Shown here piece by piece: positions 36,830 through 51,400 of a stretch of 64,000 bases of DNA (the stretch's first letter is position 1; each line of letters starts with the position of its first letter). The notes under the pieces were generated by a model. That model was not told the origin of the DNA. It saw only the letters and a program-made list of their open reading frames with translations, and made no database searches. A program made the position numbers and the translations under genes. This stretch comes from Lytechinus pictus (lineage: Eukaryota), in contig NC_087245.1 in NCBI RefSeq assembly GCF_037042905.1, forward strand, positions 29,202,001 to 29,266,000, written 5' to 3'.

Positions 36830-39800
36830 AAAGTAGTAGTAACAGAAGAGGTTGAAGTAGCAGCAGCAGTAGGAGAAGAAGTAGTAGAAGTAGCAGCAGC
36901 AGTAGGAGGAGAAGTAGTGGTAGTATTAGTAGAAGTAGTCGTTGTAGTATTGTAGTGATAATATTATTAGTAGTAGAAGTAGTAGCAGTAGTAGTAGTAG
37001 TAGTAATAGTTGTTGTTGTTGTTGTAGTAGTCATGAGAGTATAGTTGTCGTAGTAGTAGTAGTAGTAAAGTAGTACTTGTAGTTGTAAAGTTACTCTTAC
37101 AAATTCGAAGGGCACTAGCCCCTCCTTATGCCATATTAATAATTGGTCGCCTGTAATTATATACGTTGGATAGAGTGTCAAGGATACCAGGATCTTGATT
37201 TTAGGACCTGTCAAGGGAATATTTACATTAAACATTTAATATGAAGAGAAAATCCTGAATGATTCATACAATTTAATAATGATGGTTTATCATTAACATG
37301 CTTCTCTCACTGTACCGGCAAGGGTAAATGATGTGTGACCTACGTTAGAATGTCTAAGACCGTCTTCGAGATATGCACGCTCTTCTGGGGATATCCAGGG
37401 GTGTTCTCGTGGTGAACTGTAGGCAGCGAAGATCCATAACAAGAACCAAAGACATCCTATTGAACCTGTAAGATGTCATTAAAAATGTATTTTTTCGTCA
37501 ACATAGTCATTAATGCGCACACATTCCATCAATGTACATTGAACACCTGGAGACCGAAGGCTACTCAAGGGTTCATCTAACAAACGAAGATTTGTTAGGC
37601 TAAATAAGCGGTTGTTAAGTTAAAATGCATCATTCAATTGGTTTAACGGGTGAAAGTTCGGCTCGCCATTACTTCTGCTGTACCTGGTTAGACCAAACCA
37701 ATACATTTACGTCCAAGACTGTGTGAACCTTGTTCGTTCAGTTGAATACAGACGAAGATTATTCTAGAAGGTATGTTTGATGAAAGATCAACAAATATCC
37801 ATCGCGACCACACCATTTCCTATGTGTTTTTTCCTTCTAAAAATTAAATCAGTTTCTTAGATACAGATACTTTTGCTTATACAACATTGCATTAAACCAG
37901 GCTATCTTGTGTCAGTAAAAAGCATACCACCCCCTTACAGATGCGGTAAACATATTACTTTTAACTCACAGCTTCCATTTTTAGAATTGAAACAGCTTAA
38001 AGTGATTGGTTAACATTGGTTTGACTTTTAAAAAATCTGAGCTAGAAGGTCACACTTGTCACCTGTGTCTGTGATATGTTACAAAAATGAAGCCCAGAAA
38101 AAATTGCGTTCGAAAATAATTATTTAGTGCTTCAAAAATTGAAATATAAAGTGACCGAAAACACCATCTTAATTTCATCCCATACACTTATGTGTACTAT
38201 TTAGGCGTCTATTAGACGCCTATTTACAAAATCGGGGTTTGCCTTGTAGTTTTAGCTTTTCATTCTCAATAATGGTTGTTTTCAGGGTTTATTAGTTCTA
38301 ATACATGCACGTGTACACATGTTTTATCTTGGTTTGAGAATTTTTTAAATTGGCTGCTCACAAAGTTAAACAATACCTTTAAGTGGCTTCCGACGAAGCT
38401 GTTAATTTTAATAGGTCATCGTATTCCTTTTGAAAAAAAAAGTAGTTATCACGAACCGAATATGTAGAAAGGAAGAGGCCATCCACCTATCACGTTGAGG
38501 TTTATGAGATATCCTGTTAATGCGTTACCCAACACATTTCCAAAGTTGAAACCTGAGCAGTTTGGAAAAGAGATAAAACAGAATTACTCAAACAATATTC
38601 TGTCAATGAAAGACAGGGGAAAATTAAATCCTTAAATAAAGCTTATCGCATTTTACTATTTGAATATTTTGTTTGAGATCGCACGTTTCAATTCAATGGG
38701 TAATAAGTCAAAAGAGTGTTATCATTATCGTGCGTGTATCTATTTAAGCTGTCTGAATTTAAAAAAAAATCTTAATTATATTCTAATTAAGGACATATTG
38801 ACATCTACCTTAGATCCAATATTTCCTATTGCTATTACTCTGTTCTTGGAGATGATGTGACATAACAATACCAATAAGAACAAACTTGTAATAGGAAGAT
38901 GAGCGATTACAGATAGAACTTATTATTGATAGAATACAAGATGAAGAAGAGGTGAGTGGCGTCGATGTCGAAGACAACAATATAGGTTGTAGATAATAGT
39001 AAATAGTGAGATGGTCTGAATACCATCGTGACCAAGGACATTTTTTTAAAACTTAACTTCACTAGCATAATAAAGTAAATAAATTCGAAGTATATGAAAC
39101 TTTAAGGGTGACTTTTACCTACAAAACCGATGACACTAAGACTGCTTCTCTCTTCCGGGTGTGCCCATTTAGACCACATGGCAAGCATACTAGGGAAAGA
39201 GACACCCTGAACAATGAATCACATTGGATGCAACATGGTAATTGAAATGGTGCAAATGGCGCTGGTTTGCATGAAATGCATGAAAATCCGGATCAATCAG
39301 GAAACTTCAGGGGACCAATGATCACCTACCAAAGCATTTTTGTTTAGAGAACCCAATGCAGGTTCTTATGCAGGTTAAAGAAACGTTAGCAACAACCTGT
39401 TTTCCCTGGATCATAGACATGGCTTTTGCTTTTGAGAAATTGTTGTCATGTCCAACCATTATTCAACAGAAGACATTTCTCTTTAAAAGTGAAGAATATA
39501 AATGTAAGATCTGACCACTTGTCGGACGACAAATGTTGATGACATTCTCTTCTGGAGTCCGTTTCCTAAAAATTTAGTTATCGTGACTATGGCAACTTTC
39601 GACTGTGACAAGTACAATGGAAACATAGAATGTATTTGGCTGTTGACCCCTGGTACCATGGCAGTTAACACAGTTATAATTGTAAATTTACAACTGTTGT
39701 AAGTCAGGCGCAGATCCAGGGGGTGGCTTGTCCTTTTTTTTAAGACAAATTCGCTCCCCGTACAGGCCTGACTCTGGATCCTCGTCGGTCAGTCCTTTAT

Positions 39801-42014
39801 GAAACGGGCCCCAGTTCTATGGTTTTACTGATCCTTACCTCACCGAGACCACTGAAGAATCGTGTGACGAAATACCACTCCGTTCCAGCATAAGCTGCCA
39901 CAGGTCCTAGGAGAGTACAAACACTCGATAACAGAAATCCAGAACCAAGGATCCATTTCATACCAAACTTGTCCGACAGCCAGCCGCCTGGGAGTTGGGT
40001 GAAGATGTACCCGTAAAAGAAGCCCGCGAGGATCAGTTCTTGTGTCTGTGCATCCCAAAGGAAATCACCGGATCTCTGCCAAATGTTACCATCATATACA
40101 TAATCAGGGTAAAAATACATCATACTAAGGTGATATCTGGATTCACCTAAACATGCTAAATTAACCTTTCACACTTAGGCATACCATTCGTGTGATCGGG
40201 TAATACTACACAATTAATATTAAGCAGTTAAGACTGTAGAATACCCTATGCTTTCTTGGTGGATTAGTTCTTGTGGTATCTTGGGCATATTTGTTTATTT
40301 TCATAATGATGAATACTAAATTCTAAGTTTTAACTTACCAGTACACTTCCTATATACAGAACTTCATTAGAATGTCCTAACCCCCCCCCCCCCCCCCACT
40401 TCGACAGAATTTGAATAAACTGTTTTTTCGTTTATGTGGGCTTTTTTGAGCTAATGCAGGTTGTCAGCCAATTCTGGACGAGAAATTTGTACCGTTGGTG
40501 ACCTCTGATTTTTTCTTGCGGGTTGATACACAATTTTTGACAGGTTAAGTCTTTGACCTGTTTTGAGGGTGGGGGGGGGGGGGTTGTCAGAAAAGTTTGC
40601 CCCTCGAGCATTACGAGGTTGTCACGTAGATGGTGTAGTCTGCAGGCACAGACCCTGATTGAAACTTTGATCAGCATGTGTGTCTCCACGCAAAGACTAG
40701 CTCATAGAGGGCCTTCAGTACACAAGGCATGAGTAGGCTGCACATTCAGATCCTTAACTCGAGTGAAGACTAGATGGTGACGCGTCCTTGCCAGGGGCCG
40801 CGGAAGCGGGGGGCTGGGGTGGGTTTCAGCCCCCCCCCCCACTTTTTCCAAAACCGTGTACAAAAACGTAAAAATGACAATATGATTGTGATTTTTGCAT
40901 GGTAAGCCCCCCACTTTTGGCTCAGCCCCCCCCCCCCCCCACTTTGAAAACCATTCTGCGGCCCCTGCTTGCTGTCAAAGGCCACTTTACGTTAATTATT
41001 TCTAAGATGTATTTCATCCTTTAAGAATATTACAAAAGTAGCAAAGTAATAAAGCTAACCGTCTGTTCAGCACTGGAGTTTGCTGTTGGAGAAGCTGCGC
41101 AGGTCTCTATGCCTTGCTGAGTCTCGTTCCCGATTTGATCGTCGTGTGTGACGTAGGACTCATTCACCATTGCAACCATGGCAACGCTTACGTTTTGCCG
41201 CATCGCGCAGACGGCAGTCATCCCAAGGAATATTAATATTGCCATCTGATGGCGAACTTGGATGAAACCGGGAACTTCAGGAAATAAAGACAAACATAGA
41301 AGTCAGCTTTGAATACCAAACGTTTAATAATCAATAAGTGAAAACCATACAGTGGGAGCATGGGCGACGACCACCCTATGATTTCTCAAGTTGAGGGGGA
41401 AAGGGAGAAATTATAAAGAGGAAGAAGAGGAAAGAGACAAGACTGTCCTAAAAGATGTGTTCGAATACCAAGAATACCCACGTTATTCAAGAGGAAAAGG
41501 GATCTTTAAGTCGTCCCCCCCCCCATCGAGATACCCCTGCGTCACTCCCGATTCTATCCATTGTCCTCTCGGTAATCGCCCACCATCTCTTATTACACGT
41601 CTTAGGTCTATTTTCCTTCCTTTCCCAGGTTTCCATCTCCTCTGTCATAAATCATTCACCATATTATACATACATGTATATCATATGAAGTGGAAAGAAA
41701 ATGATTAGAAAATATACCCTCTTCTTATTTTAAAACAAATATATCATACATGTATTCAAAATTAGAAACTGGTTATATAAAATTTATCAGGCCAATATCA
41801 GATTTCACTCACTGTTCTTCCTGGAGGGTACCAATGGTGGTTTCGTCTCCTGACGACTGCCTTCAAGACGTAAAGAACCATACTGCATGGTTTTCAAGTC
41901 ATCCCTCTGTTTAGCCATTGCCTCTGATATCGATGGATATCGAGACGGAATGGACATCGAGTTCGACGTTGACATGGACTCATCCGTGATCTGCTCCCCG
42001 TAACTCTTGGTCAT
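34002..42014 (-). CDS. SLC17 family MFS anion transporter (sialin/VGLUT-like), 10 exons, about 572 aa
   Basis: Exons (-): 42014-41813, 41274-41060, 40075-39839, 39206-39119, 38552-38457, 37465-37344, 36670-36515, 35582-35450, 34917-34676, 34229-34002 (1719 nt). SLC17 motifs MRQNVSVAMVAM, FLWDAQTQELILAGFFYGYIFTQLPGG, RFFSGLGEGVSFP, WAHPEERS, GWPLPFYIFG, SPREHPWISPEE, VPWKQI, LDIAGPFAG..MG..NT, FG..ELQYWA. Orthology to SLC17A5 is not established. Confidence 0.93.
36094..36450 (+). mobile_element. tRNA-derived SINE (degenerate)
   Basis: tRNA-like head GGTCTTGTGGCTTAGTGGATAAGTCTCTTGACTCTGAAACACAAGATTCAGGGTTCAAT (A box TGGCTTAGTGG, B box GGTTCAAT), followed by a core CCTAGGAGTAGTAAATGGGTACC; no intact acceptor stem. 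Confidence 0.65.
36760..37080. repeat. Compound (TAT)n(TAG)n / degenerate trinucleotide array, intronic
   Basis: Direct inspection. Confidence 0.9.
38001..38378. mobile_element. TTAA-flanked MITE (Kolobok-like)
   Basis: TTAA|AGTGATTGGTTAACATTGG...AAAGTTAAACAATACCT|TTAA, imperfect TIRs. Confidence 0.65.
40792..40967. mobile_element. Small G/C-run MITE
   Basis: CAGGGGCCGCGGAA ... TTCTGCGGCCCCTG; CTTGC on both sides. A degraded relative lies at about 17760-17882. Confidence 0.7.
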
Positions 42015-42311
42015 ATCGTATTTCGGTATTGTTTTTAATCCTCAAGAAATACGCAATATTTCGACTCCAAAATTCAATTCTGTAAATCATGTAATTCAGA
42101 GCGCGGTTTAAATCACGTTATCATTGTCATTGAAATAGACAATGTAAAGTGGGTAGGTTGCCTGCAGACCTGATTCTCCTTGTGGTATTCAAAAAGGTAC
42201 ACATGAAAACTCTGTTTAAATTTTTTTTATACAACTATGTTTACTATATGAAAATTACAGTAGGTGTTTAACAGCTGAACAGTTATTAACAGTTTAAACG
42301 ACCATGCTTAA

Positions 42312-42910
42312 AGAGGTATTCCAAGCTGATAATATGATTTGAACAGATTAAGAAAAATCAGACAAGCAAAACACTGAAAACCTGAGCATAATCGGACAAT
42401 GAATGACAAAGTTATGGCATGTTAAAGATTTGCATTATTCCAGGGAAACAGTTCAATGCATGTCCTCATGAATATTCAATAAGCAAACTGATGATTTTAT
42501 ATCCCCACTTGTTCTTTTGTATTTTAATATATGAAATAGATTTATTTAAATATTTTCCTTCAAGAACCAAAAATATTGGAATAACAACTGATTACGTGCA
42601 TTGGATATTGCTGCAACTTATTTAATTACAAGGGAGACATATCATTCACACATGTATATGAAAAAAAGGAAACAATGAAGATTTCATGTAATAACATAGG
42701 AAAAAGGAAGATGGGGATATGACATCATCAGCCCATCTAATGATTATTCATGATGACGTGCATATAACTCTTTTCACAATATATTGCTAAACTTGAAAAT
42801 TCCATAACTCCGCTATTTGTTACCAGATACTTATTAAATTTTCAGCATTTTGCTCTGTAAATTTTACTCTATTTATTTAGATATAAATATTTTCAGTCCG
42901 GAGCATCCCT
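42312..42910. mobile_element. TTAA-flanked Kolobok/T2-type MITE nested in an older MITE (42240-42991)
   Basis: TTAA|AGAGGTATTCCA...GGAGCATCCCT|TTAA; the outer element ends are TTTACTATATGAA...TTCTTATAGTAAA. Confidence 0.7.
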
Positions 42911-44593
42911 TTAAGTTATTAAGAATTAACAACTTTGTTGTTTAACTTGTTTAAACTGTTTAAACAACTACGGTAAGGTTCTTATAGTAAACGGCATTGA
43001 ATAAAAACTCTAAACAACATGTTCACTGTGTAATGTAAAGTATGAATGAAATAAGAAAAGCAAAAGGTGTGCTATTGACACCCATAGTCAAGATAGTCGT
43101 GATTGTTTGAGGCCGATATTTTAGTGACCTACATGACAAAGAGTATTATTGATCTTCTGTGTATGCCAGCTTTATTGATTCGACATCATGCAGTCTGGCG
43201 CATATATACTTTAGGTGTCACGGTCATGATGGTCAAATATAATCTGATAATTAAAATATAAAATACAATGCGAATATAACCTTAGGAAGAATATAACGAT
43301 TCAAGGGATTAATACTACTCTCTGATACTTCATACTAAACAGCCGTCCCATATTCGATGGAAAGAGTAAAGTTGCTGCAGTATATATATATACCTATGTT
43401 CCCTCGACATGGTATTTAAACACCGTAAAATCGGTTTGTAGTTGTTTAAAAAATGGACAATAGCTATTTCCTGATTCCAAAAGTTTTTGAATGTCTAAAT
43501 AACTTAATTAATTTGTTTGCAATAAATAAACATGTAAATTGGACTCTTTCTACCTCGATGCTTCTTCGCTTCGCATACATACAAGCTTTGTTAAAATAGC
43601 TGATTCATCTGAGATCGAGACCTATAAGTTGATAGTCTTGAGAATTTGTGGTAGGTCCCTGTCCACGGAACGAAATGCTTTCACGACTGCTTAAAGAGGT
43701 GTCTCCCATCCCCGCTAGGGTACTAATTCGAAGTACTTAGAGATATTTCCAAAAGGTCCTATATAGTCTATCCTGTCTTCAACCAAGCAATGACAATGCG
43801 AGTTAAAACTTTTGTGATGTTGGATCTGCTATCAACAAGGCAAGGGTCATCTCGGTCACGGTAAAACGAGGCTGATCAATATCAGCAATGACTTCTGCAG
43901 CGTAGAAATCAAACAATCCAAAGTACAAATGCTCTACTTCAATTGAATGTGTAATAGGACTTCCAAATTTGCGAAATTCATACCAGCTGCAGAGTTACTT
44001 TTTTTCATGACTTCACTAACTTTGTTCATGAATGTTTCGTTCAATCATATTCTAGTAGGTTCTATGGTTCAATTCAAATTATCATCGTCTATAAATAACC
44101 ATATTTGATAAGACGGTTCCACCCCACCAAATGAAATTTATATTAATATCCATGAATATACAAAATGCAGTAGCCTAATGAAAGTTTACAACGAGAACAT
44201 ATTAAATGCAAACAGCTTACCACACGTGCAACCGAATATAATATTCATATACATGTCATATTTTTTACGATCGGCCTTTGAATATTGCACAAACAAACTT
44301 GTAATAAAAAGGGAACTATACGTTTCACAATAAATTATATGATTTCAGACGAGGTCCATGGTGCATGGATGATAAAATAGTATGAAATTATTTGCATGTC
44401 TGCAATGTGTATTATGTACGAGTAGATTTTGTATCTAAAAGTACTAAACCTACCTTCAATTAAAATGCACATTATCCATCCCTATGCCATTCTGTGAGAA
44501 AAAGGTAATAACAATTCTTTTTTATGAATGAAGAGAAAACATATATAATTTTCGCAAGCTCATGGGTTCTGTTTTATGAGAGGACATGTAATA

Positions 44594-44749
44594 CAGGGGC
44601 CGCTTCATAAAGCTGTTCGTAAGTTAATAGCGACTTTAAAAACGGCTGGTGAACCTTTCTTACTAGCTATTTAAGTGTATACTATTTACCACAAGAAAGT
44701 GACACCAGTCGTTCTTAACTTACGAACAGCTTTATGAAACACCCACCAG
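44594..44749. mobile_element. Short palindromic Harbinger-like MITE
   Basis: TTCATAAAGCTGTTCGTAAGTTAA / TTAACTTACGAACAGCTTTATGAA perfect inverted repeat. Confidence 0.75.
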
Positions 44750-45128
44750 GCATAGCTCCATGCACCAGGTATCACAAGATTTATGCCATGGATGACTCTG
44801 AAGAATGAGTAAAAAAATATTTTAGTGTTCAGAGGAGGAGGGGATTGTGGCAATAGTGCATACTTGTTGTATCCCACCGTAGAGGAACTGTTTTTTTTTT
44901 TTTTTTTTTTGGGGGGGGGGGGGCGGGCGCCATGAAAGTCCCTGTGTGACACGTTAATCGACTCGATAATCAACTTCTTAGGCAATAAGGGTGTGAAAAT
45001 GTACTATTTTCACGACGTTATCTGATAACGATGCTTTCATTTAATAAGGTATTACTATGATCTTCCATTGTAGTTATTTTTTCCAGTAATATTCCTTGCA
45101 TTTATTTCATATACCACGACCTGAATAT

Positions 45129-45366
45129 CAGGGTCCTGTCTTACAAAGAGTTACAATTGATCTGATCATCTTAAACTATATAGGAAATCCAACGATGTCA
45201 TTTTTTTAACTCCGGGAAATTGGCATGATGTCCTTTGTAAAAAAAAAGGAGCACACCAAGTTTTCAAGATCACATCTAGAAAACATTTTGAACAAACATG
45301 TATTTGTTGCTGGCTTTCCATAATTGTGGTTGATCGGATCAATCATAACTGTGAGAAGGGGCCCAG
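45129..45366. mobile_element. Harbinger-like MITE
   Basis: GGGTCCTGTCTTACAAAGAGTTACAATTGATCTGATCA / TGATCGGATCAATCATAACT..GAGAAGGGGCCC imperfect TIRs. Confidence 0.55.
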
Positions 45367-48300
45367 ATCTCCATGCTGTTAAGTATGACAAACTTTAGCT
45401 AACATTGTTGTATTGAAAAGAAACAGGTACTAGTGATAAATATCTCCGTGGTTAACAAGCGTGGTGATTATAGACATTCTGCACTCATACGGTGATGGCG
45501 GAATTTCTTGTTCGTTTATCTTCAGATTTGTTTTCCCTCATTCTGGACTGGCATACCGGGAGCCATCCACTTCCAAGTATCTGTCCTTCATCACCAAAGC
45601 CAGATCATGGAGCAATATCTACATGGCCAGATATTGCATCTTCCACTGGATTTGCGTTGTGACCCTAGAAGATTTGTTTTATACAAAACATGTCGCTCAT
45701 TATGCATTATCATGATTATCATTGTAATTACTATCATTAATATTAAAATATTGTAAATCATGCCCTAGCTGATGTATTGATAGATGCACTAAATTGACAA
45801 AACAATTGTGTATATTCAAAATTCATCCCATATAAATCATGAGCCATACACAAAATACATAGTAGTGCAATGCCGCGATATCCATTTATTACTTGCAAGA
45901 GTGGTGTATTATGTACAAACAAACTTCAGAAATGTGCACTATTCCTCTAAACATGATAGAGCTAAATTTGGATTTAACAAATTCAAAATGAAAGTTTAAA
46001 AAAGAAAATGCTGGTGATCATATGAACTTAATATAAACACATCCGAAAAATAAACGAAACCTTTCACTTACGTGATCCTTTCATTAATTTTTGTGCCAAA
46101 AAAATGTTTTTTTGCATCAATTCGTGCAGAATAGTTATTACCACATTATACTAATCAATTATCTTTGTTTTATTTACATAATTTTTAATTCACATGTTTT
46201 ATGCTATTGATTTTATATAACCTAAGCACTAATCAATTTGTATATCAAACCTGAAAAAATTCAAGCATAGCCCGACGCACGACCGGAACTGTACAGACAA
46301 AAAATGAAAAGAAAACCAGCAATTTAGCTTATCTTTTTATCCTGTATAACTATTTTCTGATAAATAAATAAATATGCATAACAGGATTCATCGACCCTTA
46401 TAAACACACTATAAACGCACTAAACGTGTGTGACGTGAAGTTCCATAAAATGACGAAATAATGGCAAAAAAATGATTTAGATGCTGCCATCTTGGATTAT
46501 GGGTCAGCACATTTCTTGGACAAAATGGAATTAATAATCCTGTTCCCAGAAGTAAAATCACGGAATGTGGCATTTTGTCCACCAAATACCAAATGTATAT
46601 CGTTTTCAGTATTTTATTGAATATGTAAAAAAATGATCATATATAGGTTCTAGAAAATGATATGAACCTTATTTACGGTCATAATTCTTGGGGCTAGATG
46701 AGTAATGAAGAGAAGGTGGTGCTGGATATACCTATACCCTATGACTACACGATAAGCACACGCCAGTTTATCGCCAAAAACACGCAAGAAGAACGTTGGG
46801 TGTGTAAGAGACCCCTTCAGCATTCGTTCAGCTCGCTGCATGTACAGTTGGATGGCAAAGCGTCTAAAGCAGTATGCGTGCGCTGTGTGAGCGCTAGTTG
46901 TTCGCCGCCGAACTTGCTACGAATACCAAACGTCCGCCCGCGTTTGACTGGCGTTGGTCCAGTGCGCTCTGTGCATGTCTGGTGTTCTTTTGGCGTGTAT
47001 AGTCATAGGTCGAGCGTCATGCGTCGAGCTTTGCGCACATTTTTTAGCATTCTAAAAAAAGAGAAAATTCAGACGGTTTGCGTTGAACAGAAAACGTTGG
47101 TCTAACGCGCTCGACGAACGCTTAACAATGACGCACATCTAGCGAATGACAACAAAATGACAAAAACTACAAAATTTGCGCCCCTCGTGCAACACACGCG
47201 TCACAGGAAAGCGGTGAGAGGCTGGATTTCGTAAAATGGTCTCTAATCAGTTCAATCACAACTTATGGGATAGAGAGAATTTGTCTTTGAAAAGATACAG
47301 CACTCTACATTTCGATTATAAACTTGTATTAGCATAAACTACGTACGATTAAAGGCATAATGGTTTGCTTTGTGGATGATCGATCTCTATCGTGTATATT
47401 TTCACTGGGAGCTATTAGGAATGGGTACACAATTATAACACGATCATCACCTCTAAATAAACATATCACTCGACTGATCCAATTCGGTGCTCAAGAGTGT
47501 GAAATTATTTTTAAAATGTAATGTATAATTTCAAGGACGTAGTTAGGACTTTTCAAAAGCGGTGTCGTGAACGAAGCTAGTGACCAAGTGATGAAGGGTG
47601 TAGATGGTGGGAAGCCACTTCCCAAAGGAGAACGCTTTTACTATTTCCTCAAAGGAAACAAGGCTGTACACAGGTTTGTGAGGGTGTTGTGGTTGGGGGC
47701 CATACTACGCAAAATATTCGAAAACACAAGACAGCAGCTCGGGAAGTGGCCGAGCTTATCACCATGGTGTTTTACATTGGGGATCGACAAGAAACAATTT
47801 GCTGCACATTTTTTTTTTCGAAATGTAGGGGTGAAAGAGTAACTGCCCAAAATTCTTGTTGCGTATAGACATGCATGGGAATGTTTGTCTTTATTAGTTA
47901 GACCGATCGTCACATTATTTACTTCTTATTAAGAAAATAAGTATTTCCTTGCTTTATTGGGCCTCGATTGTCCCGGAATCGTTTGTGGATCCACCCCGAG
48001 ACCAAGGCAACGAACATTACGTCTGATGTCCTCAAAGTCAGATTCATGGAGCACAATACTGATAACAATATGTTATAGTATTTCATTTATGTTTTGTCTC
48101 TTTTGAAATTGAATATGGACAAATTATATCAACATAAATATATAGTAGTTAACACGAAATGCAATCCTCAGCTTTAATAAAATAACGGTTTCGGAGAACA
48201 AAGGGGCTCGTCTAATAACATGTTCATATGGGAACCTCTGGAATGAGCCATCATGAGAATAAATTATGCTATTTGATTATACATGTACAGATAATTCAAG

Positions 48301-48459
48301 TTAACTGACACATTTGATAGGTTCTTTCATATTTGGCAATATATAATCATTAAGGAGATTTATAATTTCCTGAAAAGGGGAATCGGTCGAGATTTTGTAT
48401 AGCAGGTGGTGTCAATGACAGCAGATGCGGTTCAATCCAAAACCCAGACGTCCACCCAA

Positions 48460-51400
48460 TCATATGGATGTATTTCGTACAGAGGTCGTCGTCGTCCTAT
48501 CCTTGATCCGCTGAGAGGAGCCATGCAGGCTGGTACCCGACGAAACCTTGCCCATCACTAGGCCACGCCACAGATCGAAGACTCTGCGGGTAGCAGCGAA
48601 AGCCAGAAATATGTAAACTCCTTGGAGTGAGTTGATGATGATAAAAACATACCAGACAGCTTGCTGTTTGCTGAAAGCAGCTATGAAGCCGAACATCCAT
48701 GTGAAGCCCATGAGTGAAGAGATCTTTAGTAAAGAGGATGAAATATGACTTGATCAGGGTGGTGTTTCACATCTGACCAATGCTGTCATGCCTTTTATAC
48801 CGCGCGCAACTAGGCATTTAAGTGAGACTCTAAGTCATACTTAAATATTTGTGAAACACCCCCCTGGTTACAGAACGACACTCATCCCATGCAAAAAAAT
48901 CCCATTACTTCACTCTAGGTCACCATCAATGTGGCCCCTCTCCAATTAAAAAGGAGTCGCAACAAGACATTCAACATGCATACAAAAAAAAACTTGCAGA
49001 ACCATGCAAATCCTAAAACAAAAGCCAGTAACTTCTAGTTATACGTTTTCGCGTAACAAACAGTTTGGCATACTTTTGTTTTTTATTATTTTGAATTCGA
49101 ACGTTTGATACATTAAGAGAGAAGTAAAAATATACATACTCTACACAAGGAACATGTTTGTATCCCCCCTCACACATTTTTTGTCAAGACCCATGTTTTT
49201 TTACAGCATGGATAATGGCATTTTCATCTTGGTATATTCCTACCTTAACGGCAATTTTGAAGAGTTCCTGGTGGTCCTTCTGGTTTTCTGTTCCCTCTTG
49301 CAAGGTCTTCCTTTCCCTCTTGCTCTTCAATATGCCACGCATCGTATCCAAGAAACAGGAGAAATTGAACGCCAGCAACACAAGGACTGGGACGCCGAAT
49401 GCTATGAGGTTAGCTTGCCCTCCGCCAATCCAACATGTTTGTTCATCGCCGTAATGCAAATCAATGCCTTCTACGAAGAACATCAGGGCCAGACAGGTAG
49501 CCACAATCAGCAGAGGCAACCCTGCGGCTAATGATAAGTAAAATATGAGGACTTTGCGATTTGTTGTCAATACCCTGATCGTCTTGCTGAATCCAAAGGT
49601 TCGACGGAGATCGTATGCGATTGAAGAAGACAGGGTGAATGTAGTCAACCATAAGAAGTGCGATATTGCCGCTAGAACGCTGCACAGGCGTTCAGACACC
49701 GAGCTCGCCATACCGCCAAACAAGAGTAGGCACTGTGCCACTAGGAGGGTGCCACAAAAGATCATGATGAGCTGGTTGCTGACGAGCCGACGAAGAGATG
49801 GAAACGTGATGTAACAGACGAGCGTTGTGAATAGCGACACTAGTGACAGGGTTGTGCCTACAAGGCTAAGGGTTGTTTGTATGGACGAGTAGTAGAAGAA
49901 AAAGTCCTGCGTTGTTTCATTAAACGTGCCATTTTGACTCAGGAACTGACACACTCGGATCGTGTCACTATCAAGTAAAACGTATTCGCCAGGTGAAATG
50001 ACATCACCAGATGGCACGTATTTCAACATGCCACTGTCTCCAAGACGGATAAACAGACTGATGTTAAATACGTAGCTGGGACATAAGAGCTCGTCGGTCG
50101 CGGGGATACATCTGAACGTTGACATGTTCTCAGTGGTATCATTTCTATTGGGTATAAAGTTATAACTTGCTGTAAATACTTTAAATCCGTAAGTGGAACG
50201 TATGTTTGGGGCCGTGTTGAAGGGTTGCTGGTCGCCTCTCGGGGCAGAATTATTTCTTAGATCCGTAAAATTTGTACAGATACAGTCACCATTACCAAGC
50301 AGTGCACATCTACTTGATATGGAAAAAGAGGAGATTCGACACTCGGTGTTGTTTGAAGCGTTAAGAGATAAATCAGTAATCATGCTACTTATGTCGTCGA
50401 AATCAGAATCAAGGCATTTTTGGTTTAATTGCCATATGAGAACTGTTTTGTACTGACCACCAAAATCATTCTCTTCGCATTCTATCAAAGTTTGGTTTTT
50501 CATAGTGATCAGTAACCGCGCGAAATTACAACTTTCATGTATCAAATGTAGACTTTGGCACAGTCCTTGGTCACTTGTAATCATAGTAGCCGTGACCACT
50601 TTGCTTTCGTATGATTCCAGGAGACGGCAAACTGAATCATCTGCTGAGACATCTTTGGCACATTCATCTCCGATCATTTCGTAGCCATCAGAACATGATA
50701 GTCTAAGACATGAGCCAATGTATGGATCGAAAACCTCTCCTGACTGACACGCAACTGTTGTTTCAGAAATAACCGTGTTTTCTTGAACTACTTTGATCCC
50801 ACTCTCAGATGAAAAATCAAAGAGGATGGACAAGGGACTTATAAACGATACAGTTCCAAATCCAGGTCCTCCAGAACATTCAGGGGGACACATTCGTCGA
50901 CCGGGCGGAAACTGTCCGACGTTGCAGGCGTAACAAACAGGGTTTTTATACGAAACACAGTCTCCATATCTATTCTCCAGGATAATATGCGCGCTAAAAG
51001 ACGCGCATGCCAACTGAAGTGCCATGTCAGAGAGGGGTGGACATTTTTCTACGTAGTTTACGGAATCCCCAATGCATATTCTCGCCGCTGTTTCCTCTGA
51101 AGAAGGAACCACGGAAAATAGACATAACATGTCACGAACTATTTCATCTACTGTTCGCGAGTGGTTTTTCAGGTCTTCAACGACATCATCAGGACAGTGA
51201 AGTAATACCTTCCACGGTGTTAGTTTTAAGAGTTCCACTCCGTTACAAATCGCGCAGTATACATTCCTATAGCTTAATATATCATCCAGAGAAAGTGGAA
51301 TATACTCATAATTGAGTGATCCTAAATGAGCAGATGGGGATTCACATTTCTCCCTCATTTGATCGCTAACAGATGCATCAGAACATTTTGAGATGAGATA

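Noticed and set aside
36540-37235. 231-aa poly-T/L/I ORF
   Set aside because: Microsatellite artefact; the real SLC17 exon (36670-36515) is in a different frame.
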